Shown in pieces: positions 28,221-42,329 of a stretch of 64,000 bases of DNA. The position numbers were made by a program, and so were the translations under genes. The stretch is from Eledone cirrhosa. Lineage: Eukaryota. How positions within the stretch are numbered: the first letter of the stretch is position 1; the number at the start of each line of letters is the position of its first letter. The notes beneath the pieces are model-generated. The model had not been told where the DNA came from, did no database searches, and was given only the letters and a program-made list of their open reading frames with translations. The stretch lies in assembly GCA_964016885.1 (NCBI GenBank), contig OZ024744.1:96720001-96784000 (forward strand). Reading direction: 5' to 3'.

Positions 28221-28400
28221 TGGCAGTATCGGTAGAGGGTCGGACGCCATGCTTTGCAGCAAAGAGTTACGGCCCTCTATGGTCTGAGTTCAAATTTCCG
28301 CCGAGGTTAAATTTGCCTTTCATCCTTACGGAGTCGATAAAAGAAAGTACCAGTAATACAATGGGATAATTGCTGGCCTTGTGCCAAAAGTAGAAACCAT
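28221..28400 (+). mobile_element. tRNA-derived SINE
   Basis: Family consensus match. Confidence 0.85.
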
Positions 28401-28419
28401 TATTTTCATTGTTAAATTA

Positions 28420-28483
<64 letters not shown>

Positions 28484-28822
28484 TTGAAAAAAAAAACGAT
28501 TTAAAGACACGCGTTAACCGCCTGTAATTTTATGTAATTGAAAACATACCCCTTTTTGTGTTTTCTTCCCTATATACTGTATATTATATATATATATATA
28601 TGTGTGTGTGTAAAGGGTAAACAGAAATAACAACACAATCGGTACAGTATATGGAAGGGATATATTAGGTTAACACTTGAAATGGCAGGAAGAGAGTCTT
28701 AACACTTCAGACGCTAGTCCTTCATCAGAAGAAAGAATGAGAAATAAGATAGATTGAAGGGAGGGGTGGGTTGGAATTGGATAAAAATGTCTTTAGATAA
28801 AAATAACAGGTTCATTCATGTT

Positions 28823-28855
<33 letters not shown>

Positions 28856-28960
28856 TTCCTCAGTGAAATAACAACCCAACCAGGAATTGGGCATATCAGA
28901 GTATTGACAAGGTTATACACCTCAACAACATATGTACTTGTCTGTACCACACTAATTCGG

Positions 28961-29015
28961 ACTGCCTGAAGAGGTCCCAGCCAAAGATGGCTGTCACCGA
29001 AATATATATAGCAGT
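28961..29015 (+). ncRNA. Canonical minimal type-I hammerhead ribozyme
   Basis: ACUGC-CUGAAGA-GGUcc CAGCCA aaga UGGCUG ucACC-GAAA-U-AUAU-A-UA-GCAGU-AAUAAA; predicted cut after 29010. Confidence 0.9.
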
Positions 29016-29101
29016 AATAAACGAAGCTAAATTTTAAACATTTGACTTATTTATTTTATTTTATTTTATATATATATATATATATAAAATAAAATAAAAT
29101 A

Positions 29102-29226
<125 letters not shown>

Positions 29227-29240
29227 TATATATATATATA

Positions 29241-29362
29241 TAGGAACGAGTGGGACCCCGACGGCTGAGCTCTACTCGTTCCTATTACCCACTCTACTAC
29301 CCTAAGTATTGAGTACTTTGGTGCGTTATGGTCCACTTGGTTCCTTACCACAATTCCTTCGT
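29241..29362 (+). mobile_element. Second copy of the 8758 Penelope-like terminus, fold-back collapsed
   Basis: Reverse-complement match to 8758-8865; in (TA)n. Confidence 0.75.
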
Positions 29363-29395
<33 letters not shown>

Positions 29396-29611
29396 GAGGA
29401 ATATTCAAAACATATACATATATATTAACACAGGTGTGCCTAACCTTATAAGTGTGGGTGTATATGTCTCTCATTGTGTGTATATGTGTGCGGGTGCATG
29501 TATGTTGTACGTTTATACGTTTATATATGTGTACGTGTACGTGTGTGAATGATAGGGAAATATTTTAAAACATTAAGGGAAGTCCCATATGTTTACAGCC
29601 GGCAAAAGTTA

Positions 29612-29784
29612 CCATATTTCCCGGCTTCAAAGACGCTACTTTTTTCCCTAAAATAAGTGTCTAAAAAAATCTACCATGTATCATGGAGGCCGAAGGTTGT
29701 TTATTATTTTTTTTTCAAATTTTTGGTTGTCAAAATAATGGTGCGTCCTCGAGGACGAAGCATCTTCGGCGTCGAGAAATACGG
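29612..29784. mobile_element. Tc1/mariner (pogo-like) MITE
   Basis: TA-ccatatttcccggc ... gtcgagaaatacgg-TA. Confidence 0.7.
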
Positions 29785-30059
29785 TATAACCATTCCTTTG
29801 TTCCTCATACATACTGAATTCTCGCATATTACCACAAGACTCAAGTAACTTATCGTATCAGCCATTTATTTGTAAATACATAGACCTCCCCGCTTACGTT
29901 TCCATATTGTGTAAGTCCCTTTACGCTGAGAAACCCGTGGTTTCCGATGATGTAATATTCTGTATATGAATTTATCAATGAAACTTTACCTCAACTACTC
30001 GATATGAAGCGATCGGATTTCTTGTTGATTGTTACAAACAGTGACGTCTTCGTTGTCGT

Positions 30060-30264
30060 TATTGTCATCATCATCATCACCACCATTATCATTATCATCA
30101 TCATCATCATCATCATCACCATCATCATCATCACCATCATCATAATCCTCCTCTTCCACCCCCACCTCCTCATCCACATCGTCATCACCATCATCATCAT
30201 CATCGTCACCACCACCACCACCACCACCACCACCACCACCACCACCACCACCACCACCACCACC

Positions 30265-30298
<34 letters not shown>

Positions 30299-30387
30299 TC
30301 ACCATCATCATAATCCTCCTCTTCCACCCCCACCTCCTCATCCACATCGTCACCATCACCATCATCATCATCATCATCGTCACCACC

Positions 30388-30421
<34 letters not shown>

Positions 30422-30481
30422 TCATCACCATCATCATAATCCCCGTCTTCCACCCCACCTCCTCATCCACATCGTCATCAC

Positions 30482-30519
<38 letters not shown>

Positions 30520-30596
30520 CCATCATCATAATCCTCCTCTTCCACCCCCACCTCCTCATCCACATCGTCACCATCATCATCATCATCATCGTCACC

Positions 30597-30630
<34 letters not shown>

Positions 30631-30772
30631 TCATCACCATCATCATAATCCCCGTCTTCCACCCCCACCTCCTCATCCATATCGTCATCACCATCATCAT
30701 CATCATCATCATCATCACCATCATCATAATCCCCGTCTTCCACCCCCACCTCCTCATCCATATCGTCATCAC

Positions 30773-30804
<32 letters not shown>

Positions 30805-30890
30805 CCATCATCATAATCCTCCTCTTCCACCCCCACCTCCTCATCCACATCGTCACCATCATCATCATCATCATCATCGTCGCCACCACC

Positions 30891-30924
<34 letters not shown>

Positions 30925-31285
30925 CCATCATCATAATCCCCGTCTTCCACCCCCACCTCCTCATCCATATCGTCATCACCATCATCATCATCATCATCAT
31001 CATCACCATCATCATAATCCCCGTCTTCCACCCCCACCTCCTCATCCATATCGTCATCACCATCATCATCATCATCATCATCATCACCATCACCATCATC
31101 ATAATCCTCCTCTTCCACCCCCACCTCCTCATCCACATCGTCATCACCATCATCATCATCATCATCGTCGCCACCACCACCACCACCACCACCATCATCA
31201 TCATCATCCTCATCATCATCATCATCATCATCATCATCACCACCATCATCACCATCATGGTCATCACCATCATCACCATGACTAT
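30060..31285. repeat. Compound minisatellite: ataatccYcStcttccacccccacctcctcatccaYatcgtc plus variable (CAT)n/(CAC)n
   Basis: About 11 core units seen directly. Confidence 0.9.
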
Positions 31286-31481
31286 CATAATTCTAAGCCT
31301 GTATTTTTGTTCGCTGCAAGGCGATGACCACCCCCCAGGGGAGGAGGTAACAAATGTGTCCTCCTGTCGTGTGTCACTTTACTCCATGTTAACATCTATA
31401 AAAACCTATCAATCTCATTTCACCCTTCTTTTCTTCTGTTAAGTAAACCTGTCTGTCCCCTTCCGGTTTTTCATTGTATAG

Positions 31482-32232
31482 AATTGGCAGTATAGGTGGA
31501 GGGTCGGACGCCATGCTTTCCAGCATAGTTATCTCCCTTTACGGTGAGCATTGAAAGAAAATGTTATATCTATCTCAGATTTGAACATTATTACTATCAT
31601 TGGCTATCAGAGGTTTAGTGAATTGGCAGTATCGGTAGAGGGTCGGACGCCATGCTTTGACGTATAGAGTTACGTCCCTTTACGATCTGAGTTCAAATCC
31701 CGCCGAGGTTGACTTTGCCTTTCATCCTTACGGGGTCGATAAAATGAAAGTACCAGTAATGCACTGGGTAATTGCTGGCCTTGTGCCTAAAGTAGAAACA
31801 ATTATTACTATCATTGGCTAAAGTACCAGTAATACACTGGGAAATTGCTGGCCTTGTGCCAAAAGTAGAAACAATTATCACTATCATTGGCGGTCGATTG
31901 GCAATATTGATAGAGGGTCTGACGAAATGCTTTATAGCAAAGAGTTACGGCCCTTTATGATCTGAGTTCAAATCCCGCCGAGGTTAACTTTGCCTTTCAT
32001 CCTTACGGGGTCGATAAAATAAAGTACCAGTAATACACTGTGTAATTGCTGGCCTTGTGCCAAAAGTAGAAACGATTATTACTATCATTGGCAGTATCGG
32101 TAGAGCGTTAGACACAACACTTTGCAGCGTAGAGTTATGGCCCTTTACCATTCTGAGTTCAAATCCCGCCGATAAAAAGTACCAGTAATACACTGGGATA
32201 ATTGCTGGCCTTGTGCCCAAAGTAGAAACTAT
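31482..32232 (+). mobile_element. Head-to-tail cluster of about 5 full or partial SINE copies
   Basis: Repeated family consensus joined by attattactatcattggc. Confidence 0.85.
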
Positions 32233-32720
32233 TATATACAGAGTTTTTCTCCACCATTTTGTTATTCGCTTGTATGTGTGTGTGTTTGTGTGAGTGAGTG
32301 TGTGTGAGAGTGTGTGAGTGTGTGAATGTATGTGTGAGTGTGTATGTGCGTGTGTGTGTTTCAATGTGTGTGTGTGACTGTGTGTATGTGTGTTTATGTG
32401 TGCGTGTCAGTGTGTGTTTGTACGTGAGTGTGTGTTTGTGCGTGTGTGTGTGTGAGTGTATGTGTGTGTGTGTGTGTATATGCATGTGGGAATGTGTGCG
32501 TGTGACTGTATGAGTCTGTGTGTATGTGTGTGTGTGAGTGGTGTTAGTGTGCGTGTATGTGTGCGTGTGTATATGTCTATATGTAAGTGTGTGTATGAGT
32601 GTCTGCGTGTGTGAGTGTGTGTGAGTGTGTGCGTGTGCGTGAGAGTGTGTGAGTAAGTGTGTGTGTCACATGTCTACCCACTTCCATTTTGCCTCCTTTT
32701 GCTTTGTAGATAAATTAAAA

Positions 32721-33009
32721 TCTTCTTCTTCTTCTTCTTCTTCTTCTTCTTCTTTCATTCTTCTTCTTCTTCTTCTTCTTCTTCTTCTTCTTCTTCTTCT
32801 TCTTCTTCTTCTTCTTCTTCTTCTTCTTCTTTCATTCTTCTTCTTCTTCTTCTTCTTCTTCTTCTTCTTCTTCTTCTTCTTCTTCTTCTTTCATTCTTCT
32901 TCTTCTTCTTCTTCTTCTTCTTCTTCTTCTTTCATTCTTCTTCTTCTTCTTCTTCTTCTTCTTCTTCTTCTTCTTCTTCTTTTTCTTCTTCTTCTTTCAT
33001 TCTTCTTCT

Positions 33010-33041
<32 letters not shown>

Positions 33042-33345
33042 TTCTTCTTCTTCTTCTTCTTCTTCTTCTTCTTCTTCTTCTTCTTTCATTCTTCTTCTTC
33101 TTTCATTCTTCTTCTTCTTCTTCTTCTTCTTCTTCTTCTTCTTCTTCTTCTTCTTCTTCTTCTTCTTCTTCTTCTTCTTTCATTCTTCTTCTTCTTCTTC
33201 TTCTTCTTCTTTCATTCTTCTTCTTTCATTCTTCTTCTTCTTCTTCTTCTTCTTCTTCTTCTTCTTCTTCTTCTTCTTCTTCTTCTTCTTCTTCCTCCTC
33301 CTCCTCCTCCTCCTCATCATCATCTTCCTCCTCCCCCTCCTTCCC
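32721..33345. repeat. (CTT)n tract punctuated by TTTCATT
   Basis: Direct inspection. Confidence 0.92.
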
Positions 33346-34299
33346 ATCCTCTTTCTACAAAATCGTTATTAATATTATCATTATTAGTGGCCAATAAAGA
33401 AATCATTATTATCATCATTATTATTATCTATGATTGTGTTCAGTAAATATTATGATAACAGGATCTACTGCTGCCTGTTGAATCTCAACAAAGACTATAG
33501 ACAGACGGCGCCTTTTTAAATACATGTTCAGTGGCCAACAATACAACGTCTTTGAAGGTGGACAATTTCATATTAGATGTCTATTTGCTCAAGATACCTT
33601 CTCAGTTGTTAGTGGTATCTCGCCCAATGCATCGATAACAACTGGAATTATCTCCATGTTGTTAGATTGGTATTGATCATAATCATACGATTTTCATCTG
33701 CAAGTCAGGATCATTTGTTATTATTATTGTGGCCGAGTGAATTAGCAGTAATTGGTAGAGCGTCAGACGCCATGATTTGCAGCATAGAGTTACGGTCCTT
33801 TTCGGCTCTCAGTTCAAATCCTGTCAAGCTCAATTTTACCTTTTATTATTTTGGGTGGATTGACAATATCGGTAGCGGGTCAGAGAACATGCTTTGGTCC
33901 ACCAACACCACCCCAAACAAAACAAAGCCCATATCTATAAGAACAAAAGTAAATCCAACAAAAAGATACAGCCCTCATATATTATACAGCAATAAATACA
34001 AACAACAGAAAATTATTCAACTCCCAAAACAAAACAAGTTATTCGAAACCAAATTACATAACACTTCAAAAGATCCCTCCACCCACTCACATAAAAATCA
34101 TTCAAATAGACTCAAAAATAGATTACAAACTTAAAGACAAAATTCTTCGAGGCATTTAGGGACTAAAGAGGGATCATCTTGAAAATTATCTATACAGACA
34201 TTCTTTTGTAGAAACCCACAACTGGCCAGGAGCAACCGTTTTTCTTTTTTTTTTGTCCAACAGACTAATGGTTCTTCTCACTCTTTCTCTTCATCGAAC

Positions 34300-34607
34300 A
34301 TGGCCTCATTCAAGATAGACTTTGTAAATGCATCACGTGGTTGGCGTCGTCTTAGAAGCAGGGGAGCCTGCTCAACGACCTCAGGTCACTGAATATGGAC
34401 GCGGTGGCCATCAACGAGACCAGAATTTCCGGCGCACGAACTTTCGCATCCACTTTCGGCGATTACGATCTGTATGCATCTCCTAGGCGTCCGGAATCTG
34501 GAGACAGAGTCGCTGGAGTGTTTCGGAACGGTTTGGATCTCACGATACGAAACACCTTCCTGAACTCAAAAGGTAAGCTGGTGGTGCTTTACATCTCAAA
34601 AAACTAG
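34300..34607 (+). mobile_element. Tx1/L1-like APE endonuclease N-terminal fragment
   Basis: MASFKIDFVN... then SLNMDAVAINETRI...GKLVVL. Confidence 0.65.
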
Positions 34608-34783
34608 AAAGAGAATCACCAGCATGCTGAAGATGACCACTAATAGTATCGCTGTTGTAATAGAAACACTACGGTTAATATCTAAATGATCTGATCTGCA
34701 TCTTAGCGTCCTGCTCAACGCAGGATCAGCAAATATGAGTTAGAGAGGATTTGACTACTAGGAACAGAACACATTCTCAGTAG

Positions 34784-34822
<39 letters not shown>

Positions 34823-35204
34823 ATTAAAACTTCTATTGCCCTAGGTTTAAGGCTTGAGAAGAGCACTATCTCTGTGAGAAGTATAACCATCTATGTAATT
34901 TTGTTTTTACTTAACTTTATTAGATTATATTCTATAATTATGTGTGTTGTAAATAATCGATTACTCTTATATGATTAAATATCTGCAGTGAATATGATTT
35001 TAAACAGATAATGTTGCACAGGTATAAAACTAATGATGTACTTGTAACTGCGTAGTGTGTGTGGCGTGAACAATCTGGTGTGTTTATTTTGTGACTGATC
35101 AATGTATGTAGTGAGTTTCTCTGCCCTAGGTATCGGGATGACACTTGGCAAAAAAGTGGAAACAAAACTGAAGGAAGAGGAAAAACACAAGCAACAATAA
35201 TAAT

Positions 35205-36770
35205 GACACATTAAATTATCTATTATTCATGGATGACTTCACATTATATGGAAAAAATCATGAACGAGATAGATTCACTGGTCCAAATAGTAAGAGTGTT
35301 TAGAGTGGACGTTGGTGTGGAATTTAGGATAGATAAATGCACCATCGTTAAAATTGTGATAGAAAAGAAGGTCGGTTTAGAAGGTAATCAATTACCAAAC
35401 AATAAAGTTATTCGTTCTTTGGAAGACTGAAAGGACTACAAATAGCTCGGAATAATTCAAGGTGACAAGACACTTAGCAAGGAAATGGAGGGAAAAATCA
35501 CATGACTATTTCAGAAGACTCAAGGTCATCCTGGAATCATTGATTGGACTGTTGATAAACTGAAGAATATAGATAGAAAAACAAGAATGATGTTGAATAT
35601 ATATATATATCAAGGCTTACACCCCTCCAGGCCAATATTGGCCTACTCTACTTGAGGAGAGTATAAGGTGGAAAAGGACTGATTAGCAGCGAGGCGATAG
35701 TTTGTTGAGAAAGAAAGCTTGAGTGAATGCCCTAGGAAAAAATGAAGATCAGTTGTTAAAGGAGGTCTTAATGGAAGTGATCTATGATGGAAAAGGCGAT
35801 TCAAAGAAAAGGAAAGCCGAAAAAGAAAAGAAAGCCACAGAAGGGAAGGTCAGATTTGAAGCAAAACCAATTCATTCAGCCTATGAAAAGAACATAAGAG
35901 ATATCGGAAATGATAAAGACACGTGGAAATTGTTATGAAGAGGGGAACAGGGGATTTGTTTATGGCAGCCCAACAATAAGTGATAAGGACAAATTAGATA
36001 TATGGATAAAGCGGACACATCACCACTTTGTAGAATGTATGGAAAGGTGAATGAGACAATTAGCTATTCTGTCTCAGAATTCCCACACGTGACACAGAAT
36101 GACTATAAAAATAGAGATATGGTAACATTGCATCACTAATATATTGGCGACTATGTAAAGAGTTTGGTTTTAATTGTAGAAAATGGAAAATGCTATAAAC
36201 TGTTTGTGACAAAGGAAATGAAAGTAATACAAAATGATAAAGTCAAAATTCTATGGGATATTACAATACAAACAGAAAAAAAGACTGATCACAACATACC
36301 AGATATAGTCTTGATATACAAGAAAGAAAAGATGTGCGTTATTGTGGACATAGCCTGCCTTTAGCCTTTATGACACGGGAATAAAGCATAGAGAAAAAGA
36401 GAATAAAAACTACTACTATGACCTCAAATATGAAATTTTGAAAGTGTGGCAGGGTGAAGTAAATAGGATTGTACTTGTACCGATACTGATACCGCCGATA
36501 CTTATAGGGACACTAGGATGTATAATAGACAATCTTTCTAAAACTTTGCAACAAATTGGATTTGATCCTGGTATAGAGCCGGTGTAAAAAGCTTGTTAAC
36601 TTGGCATTGCCAGGATAATAAGAAAAATGATGGACACCTCCTAGAGGAGAAAAAAGCAAATCTTATCATCTTAAACTCCGAGATGCAGCTTGATGGTAAG
36701 AAGAAAAATACCGGTAGTTAACATCAACACTGTATGATAATAAATCACAACAATAACAACAACAACAACA
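35205..36770 (+). mobile_element. Degenerate R4/Dong LINE, 3' half
   Basis: LLFMDD, NDKVKILWDITIQTEKKTDHNIPDIVL..IVDIAC; ends in an (AAC/AAT)n tail. Confidence 0.85.
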
Positions 36771-37007
36771 AAAATATTAATAAAAAAATTGGTAGTAACA
36801 TGTGTTTGACTAAATATAATTAGTCGTTAGTTGTCCCATGTGCGTCAATACTCATCCTGTTTTTCCATTCAGAAGGTTTTTGAAAAATTCCCACTAACAG
36901 ACTAATTCTATTTAGTCAAATACGGCATAAGCACATGTTACTACCTAATTTTCAAGCCGTTTGTAAACAAATGCTGCTTCGTGTCTCCCTATTTATATAC
37001 ATTAATA

Positions 37008-37373
37008 ATAATTGTTTCTACTTTAGCTACAAGGCCAGCAATTTGGGGAGAGGGGAAAGTCGGTTAAATCGACCCTAGTGCATTACTGGTGCTTTATTTT
37101 ATCGACCCCGTAATGATGAAAGGCAAAGTTAACCTCGGCGAGATTTGAACTCAGAACGTAAAGGGGTGTAACTCTATGCTGCAAAGCATGTTGTCTGACC
37201 GATACTGCCAATCCTCTGCTAACACAATTAATGTTTCTACTTTTTGGCACAAGGTCAGCAATTACTCCAGTGCCTTACTGGTTCTATATTTTATCGACCC
37301 CATTAGAATGTAAAGGGCCACAACTCTATGCTGAAAACCATGTTGACTGACGCTCTACCGATACTGCCAATCC
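37008..37373 (-). mobile_element. Two SINE copies
   Basis: Family consensus match. Confidence 0.8.
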
Positions 37374-37454
37374 AGGGTTTATAGGAAGCTCGATGGCCAG
37401 CTGAAAAATAGTTAATTTCCTGTGGGTAATAGTTAGACTCTGTTAACATACAAA

Positions 37455-38335
37455 CGGCTATATTTCAGAGAGACAGTTTATCACCACTCTTATTTGTCAT
37501 CTGCATGATCTCCCCTGATCTATGTCCTTAGGCAAGTGAAATGCGATATGTGTTAGATAGTTTTAAGATCAATCATCTGTTATTTATGGATGATTAAAGT
37601 TATTTGCTAAAAAAAAGAGGACGAAATTGACAGCTGAACACCTTCTGTAAAACCTGATTAGTCAGGATATTTGGGATAACAAATGTTCTGTAACCCTGAA
37701 ATGTGGGAAGCTAACAAATAGCAAAGGGATGAGCTTGCAAATAGCCAGTTTGTTGAAGAAGTGGGAGAGGAAAGACACAAGTATTTGGGAGTCTTTGAAT
37801 TGGATGAGATCAAAGAGAAAGAAATGAAGATGTTCGAAAAAGAATATCTCAGGTGTGACTTGTAATGTCGTCTAAATTGAGTGGAAGGAATAAGATCAAA
37901 GCAATAAATACGTGGGCTGTGCTTCTCATGCGCTTTGAGACAGGAGTTATTAAATGGAGGAAAAATGAATTATAAAGTATTGAAAGGAACGCTAGGAAAT
38001 TGATTGATGACAGCGTATAAAGAACTCCACCGAAAGAGTGTTGTCGCAAGACTTTATCTTGGAAGAAAGATAGAGGTCTAATAAATTGTGAAAGCATCCT
38101 AGCTTTGTACCTTAAAAAGGTAAGGCGTAACATCATGTCAAAAACAAGAGATCTCGACACACCGAAATTTGCTGATGCAGTAGCACCGAATGAAAAGAGG
38201 AGGAAGTAATTTGAAAATTAATGGAAGAATAAATTTGTGCATGGGCAGTACACTAGAGATAAAATAGGCATTGATTGAGATAAGAGCTGGTCGTGGCTTT
38301 AAAATGGCGATCCGAAAGGATGCACCGAAGCTGAT
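37455..38335 (+). mobile_element. Degenerate R4/Dong LINE RT fragment
   Basis: IFQRDSLSPL, INHLLFMDD, KYLGV, LSGRNKIKAINTWAV. Confidence 0.8.
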
Positions 38336-39085
38336 GGGCTCTGGGGACTTAAAGTCCCTCTGAAAAGAGTGGCTAGACGATTTTCGTCGATGCCCAAAGT
38401 TTCCTCCAAGAAAGTTGTCGGTTTTATCCACCACTAACCCTCTATAAAACGCCAAATTGGAGTTTCAAAAAATGGTACTGCCTGATTGACAGATGGTTGT
38501 GAGCGCTTTTAAGGCATTCCAGTTTCTAAGCGCTCTCCCTCCGTTTTCGCTTGACCCAGGGTGCAGGCCCGTCAAGGAGACGCGCTAGGGAAACATGTGT
38601 CTAGTGAATGGTGACCACACCTGCTCACCGTTAAAGAAAAGATGTAAATGTTGAGCCTCAGTGCATGTTTGCGCACCATCAGCCACGGCAAATTTAGTCC
38701 TCCACGCAGTGGGTATTGACAGCAGATGGGCTGTTTCACCATCGGAACGTGTCCCTTCCACAAGAAGCGAAAGAACAGACGCTCCAGTGCAGTCGGACGT
38801 GAGCTAGGACAAGGCACGACGGCCAGATAGTAGTAGATGATGGAAGCGATGTATGCATTTGCCACCTCTGCCCGATCTTTTAGGAATAGTTTCATCTCGG
38901 CCCATTTCTGTATGAGATTAGCCTCTTTGTTCATCACCTCATCTCAACTTTTGTCAATCTGGAGGATCGGACCGAACCAGACGTCGAGCAATTTAGCCGG
39001 TCCATCTGTCCACCGCCCCGACGACGCCATGGGCTTAACTCGTCAGATGCCGAGCGGCAAGCCTATAGACGTCACAAAGTTGTGA
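38336..39085 (-). mobile_element. Tx1/L1-like LINE post-RT fragment
   Basis: RAEVANAYIASIIYY...LERLFFRFLWKG...GGLNLPWL; related to 62885-63110. Confidence 0.75.
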
Positions 39086-39187
39086 TAGAAAAAAGGGAGA
39101 GGATATGTAGAATTATTGATGTCACCGTTCCCAGAGATGAGAAGGTCCACCCGAAAGATATGGAGAAAGTTGATAAATACCAATAAT

Positions 39188-39372
39188 TGTTTCTACTTTT
39201 GGCACAAGGCCAGCAATTACCCAGTAAATTACTGGTACTTTATTTTATCGACCCCGTAAGGATGAAAGGCAAAGTCAACCTCGGCGGGATTTGAACTCAG
39301 ACCGTAAAGGGACGTAACTACGCTGGAAAGCATGGCGTCCGACTCTCTACCGATACTGCCAATCCACCGCCC
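39188..39372 (-). mobile_element. Young full-length SINE with 18-bp TSD
   Basis: ttgataaataccaataat at 39170-39187 and 39373-39390. Confidence 0.92.
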
Positions 39373-39599
39373 TTGATAAATACCAATAATAACATTCAAT
39401 CACAAAGGAGAGTAGGAAGTTTATGGAAAAATCGGGAATACATTTTGAAAGTGATGGTGATTCTGCAATTAAGGCTACAACATGAACAGGAGCATGTTGG
39501 CAAAACATGAAGGTCAGCGGAAGCTGTGTACTAAATGGGAGTAAAAACCGCTACGGGGGCAGTATGTTCTTCGTAGCAACGAACATGCTGTAGTTCAAA

Positions 39600-42040
39600 T
39601 TCTCGCCCACAGGTGGCTCTGGTGTAGATGGAGGAGAGTGAGGGCCTTATTATGGCTGCACAAAACCTGTCTCTCAGCACGCGACTTTCAAGCCAATATG
39701 ATTAGAAATGGAACTGACCAAAATGTCGATTCTGGGATGAGATTGTTGATACCATTGACCATCTGGTTACAGGCTTTAAAGTATTAGCTCCTCGGGAATA
39801 TAACATGCGGCATGATAGAGTGAGGCAATATTTATACGAAGTAATGTGCGGGTTTTGTGGTATAAAAATAGGAAATTGGTACAAGGCTCACCCACATGCA
39901 GTGACAGGGGGCTAGAACATGAGAATTCTGTGGAACTTCGTTGTGAACATTGCTGACATCATTACAAATTTACTTCTAAATAATATGCTAGCGTGGAAAA
40001 CCAAGTTATACGCGAGCAATGTATTCAATTGAGAAGTAGAAATTAAAAGTGATATATTCCAAAGTAACTCTTTTTCACAATTACTGTTTGTCATCGTACA
40101 TACATCTATAACACTGACACTTAGGAAAGTTAAAATTGGTTACCAATGTGGAGAAGAAAAGGAGCATTCATAAAACATCTGTTTATGGATGACCTAAAAC
40201 TGCTTGGAAAGCCGAAAACTAGATAAATTATTTGGTTAAAACCCTCCAGATATGTCGCAATGATATGGGTATGGAAATTGGGAACACCAAATGTTCTGTG
40301 CTCAATATGAAAAGAAGGGAAAAACACCCTGTACTGGATGGATTGACGCTGCTATGGATGACATTTTAAATGTAGAAATGAAAGAAAAGTTTAGAGAGAG
40401 ATGTATTTGCAAAGAGTAAAAAATGATTTTAAAATCCAAATTGAATGCGAGAAATCTAGTCACTGCAATGAATATCTGAGAAGTCGCAGTGGTCAGATAT
40501 AGTGTGTCCATTCTCAGGTAGACTGAAGAAGAAATAACAAAGTTGGATAGAAATACGAGAAAGTTAATGACATTCTAGGGAAGCCTGCACCCTAAAGCAA
40601 ATATAAACAGATTGTATATGAAGAGAAAGAATGGTGGTAGAGGTCTTATCAGCGTAGGTTATTGTATAAATAGTGAAAGGATAACACTTGCAGAATATTT
40701 TGTAAACAATGACGAAGAATTGTTGCAGCAAATATATGGATATAAATACTGATAATATAATTTGTAAGGAAGATTTTAACGAAATAGTTGAAGAGGAGCG
40801 AAAATGTCTTCTGGAAATTAGAATGTATGGTCAGTTTGAAAGAAACGCATGGGATATCAAAGATAAAACAACATCATAGACATGTCTTAAGCAAGGTGAT
40901 TTGAAGTTCCCATGAAAGCCTCATAATTGTAGCACAAAACCAAGCTCTTGCAACCAACTCAGTGAAGTATAGCATCTATAAAATTCCTGACACTCAGAAA
41001 TGCAGTCTATGTGAAAATATAACCCACTTGGTAAGTGGATTTGAGAGCTTTTCGAAAAAAGAATACAAGCGCCGCCATGATAAAATCTGTTTGTACTTTC
41101 ATTGGTTTTTATGTCGTAAATTGAGAATTGGTACGAAGCAACGAATGCCTGATCAAAGCAGTTAAACACTGAACTGATAGTAATGAAAGAAAAAGGTGAA
41201 AAAAAGCAAGGAAGTGTGCAAAACATACAAAAAGATTAAAGGGAACAGAAAGAATTACATGAAGATTTTGAACAAGGAACCAAAATACATAGAATTGTCT
41301 TTAAAAAAGTGGGGTCTAAAGAAAGAAGCGGAAAGCAGTGTCATAGATGCTTAAGACCAAGTTATCAAAGCCAATCACATTAGAAACCGCATATACAAGG
41401 AAGACATATCTCCAATGTGCAGGGTTTGTTGAATGTTTCAGAAGACAGTGGCATACATTGATGTCGAGTGCCCTAATTTGGTGAAAAATGAATGCAAATA
41501 ATGGAGACATAATGAAGAAGCCAAAATTATACATTAGAAACTCTGGCAGAAGTGGTGATTTAAGTGTTAAGAGAAGTGTTATAAGAATAAGTCAGGAAAA
41601 GTAATTGAATCAAAAGATTATAAAATCTTATGAGACTTCGCAATACAGACAGACAAAGCATTAGAGTATAATAAGCCAGATATAATTTTGGTGAACAAAA
41701 ATATAAATGTGGATATATAATAGACCCCCTCGGGCCCATTTGATTTAAGAGTGTAGAAAAAAAAAGAAAAGAAAAACGAGAAAAATTAGAATCCATTAAA
41801 GTATAAGAATGCACGGTCGTGGAAATTGTAAAAGGTTAAAATAATACCGATAATGATAGATACCTTGGGAACAGTAACCCATAAATTTGATTATTGGATG
41901 AAGAAAATAGAAGTAGTGTGTTGTATAATATTACTTCAGAGAGTTCATCTTTTGGGATGAGCGTGAATCATCAGGAAAATTACGGTCAGTTGATGAAGAA
42001 AAATTTAGTGATACTTAAGACCATTGTTTGTGGTCCGCTA
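39600..42040 (+). mobile_element. Several degenerate R4/Dong LINE fragments in tandem
   Basis: At least three zinc-knuckle/RHD regions (about 39720, 41000, 41420), HLFMDDLKL at 40175, RLE C-terminus near 41850. Confidence 0.75.
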
Positions 42041-42231
42041 TCACACAATATCCCTTTCATTTTCATTGCTTTGACTGTTGGTACAAGACAAGCAATTTGA
42101 TGGGAAGGGGAAAGTCAATTAAATTGACTCCAGTACATTTACTGGTTCTTTATTTTATCGATCCCTGTAAGGACGAAAAGCAAAGCTAATCTCGGCGGGA
42201 TTTGAACTCAGGCTAATCTCGGCGGGATTTG

Positions 42232-42310
42232 AGTGGCTGTTTCACGACGTCACTCTCGCCGTCCTAGGGGGCAATGTATTTTCCATCCTGTCGGTCGGGA
42301 CACAGTGGTT
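42232..42310 (+). mobile_element. CRE-like 3' fragment
   Basis: WLFHDVTLAVLGGNVFSILSVG aligns with WFFQRVSLAVPRGNAFSILSAG at 47991(-). Confidence 0.6.
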
Positions 42311-42329
42311 GGAGGATACTCGTCCGAAC

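Noticed and set aside
29991-31288. Acidic D/E-rich ORFs resembling biomineralisation proteins
   Set aside because: Minisatellite translation with a frame change near 30450 and no signal peptide or splice support
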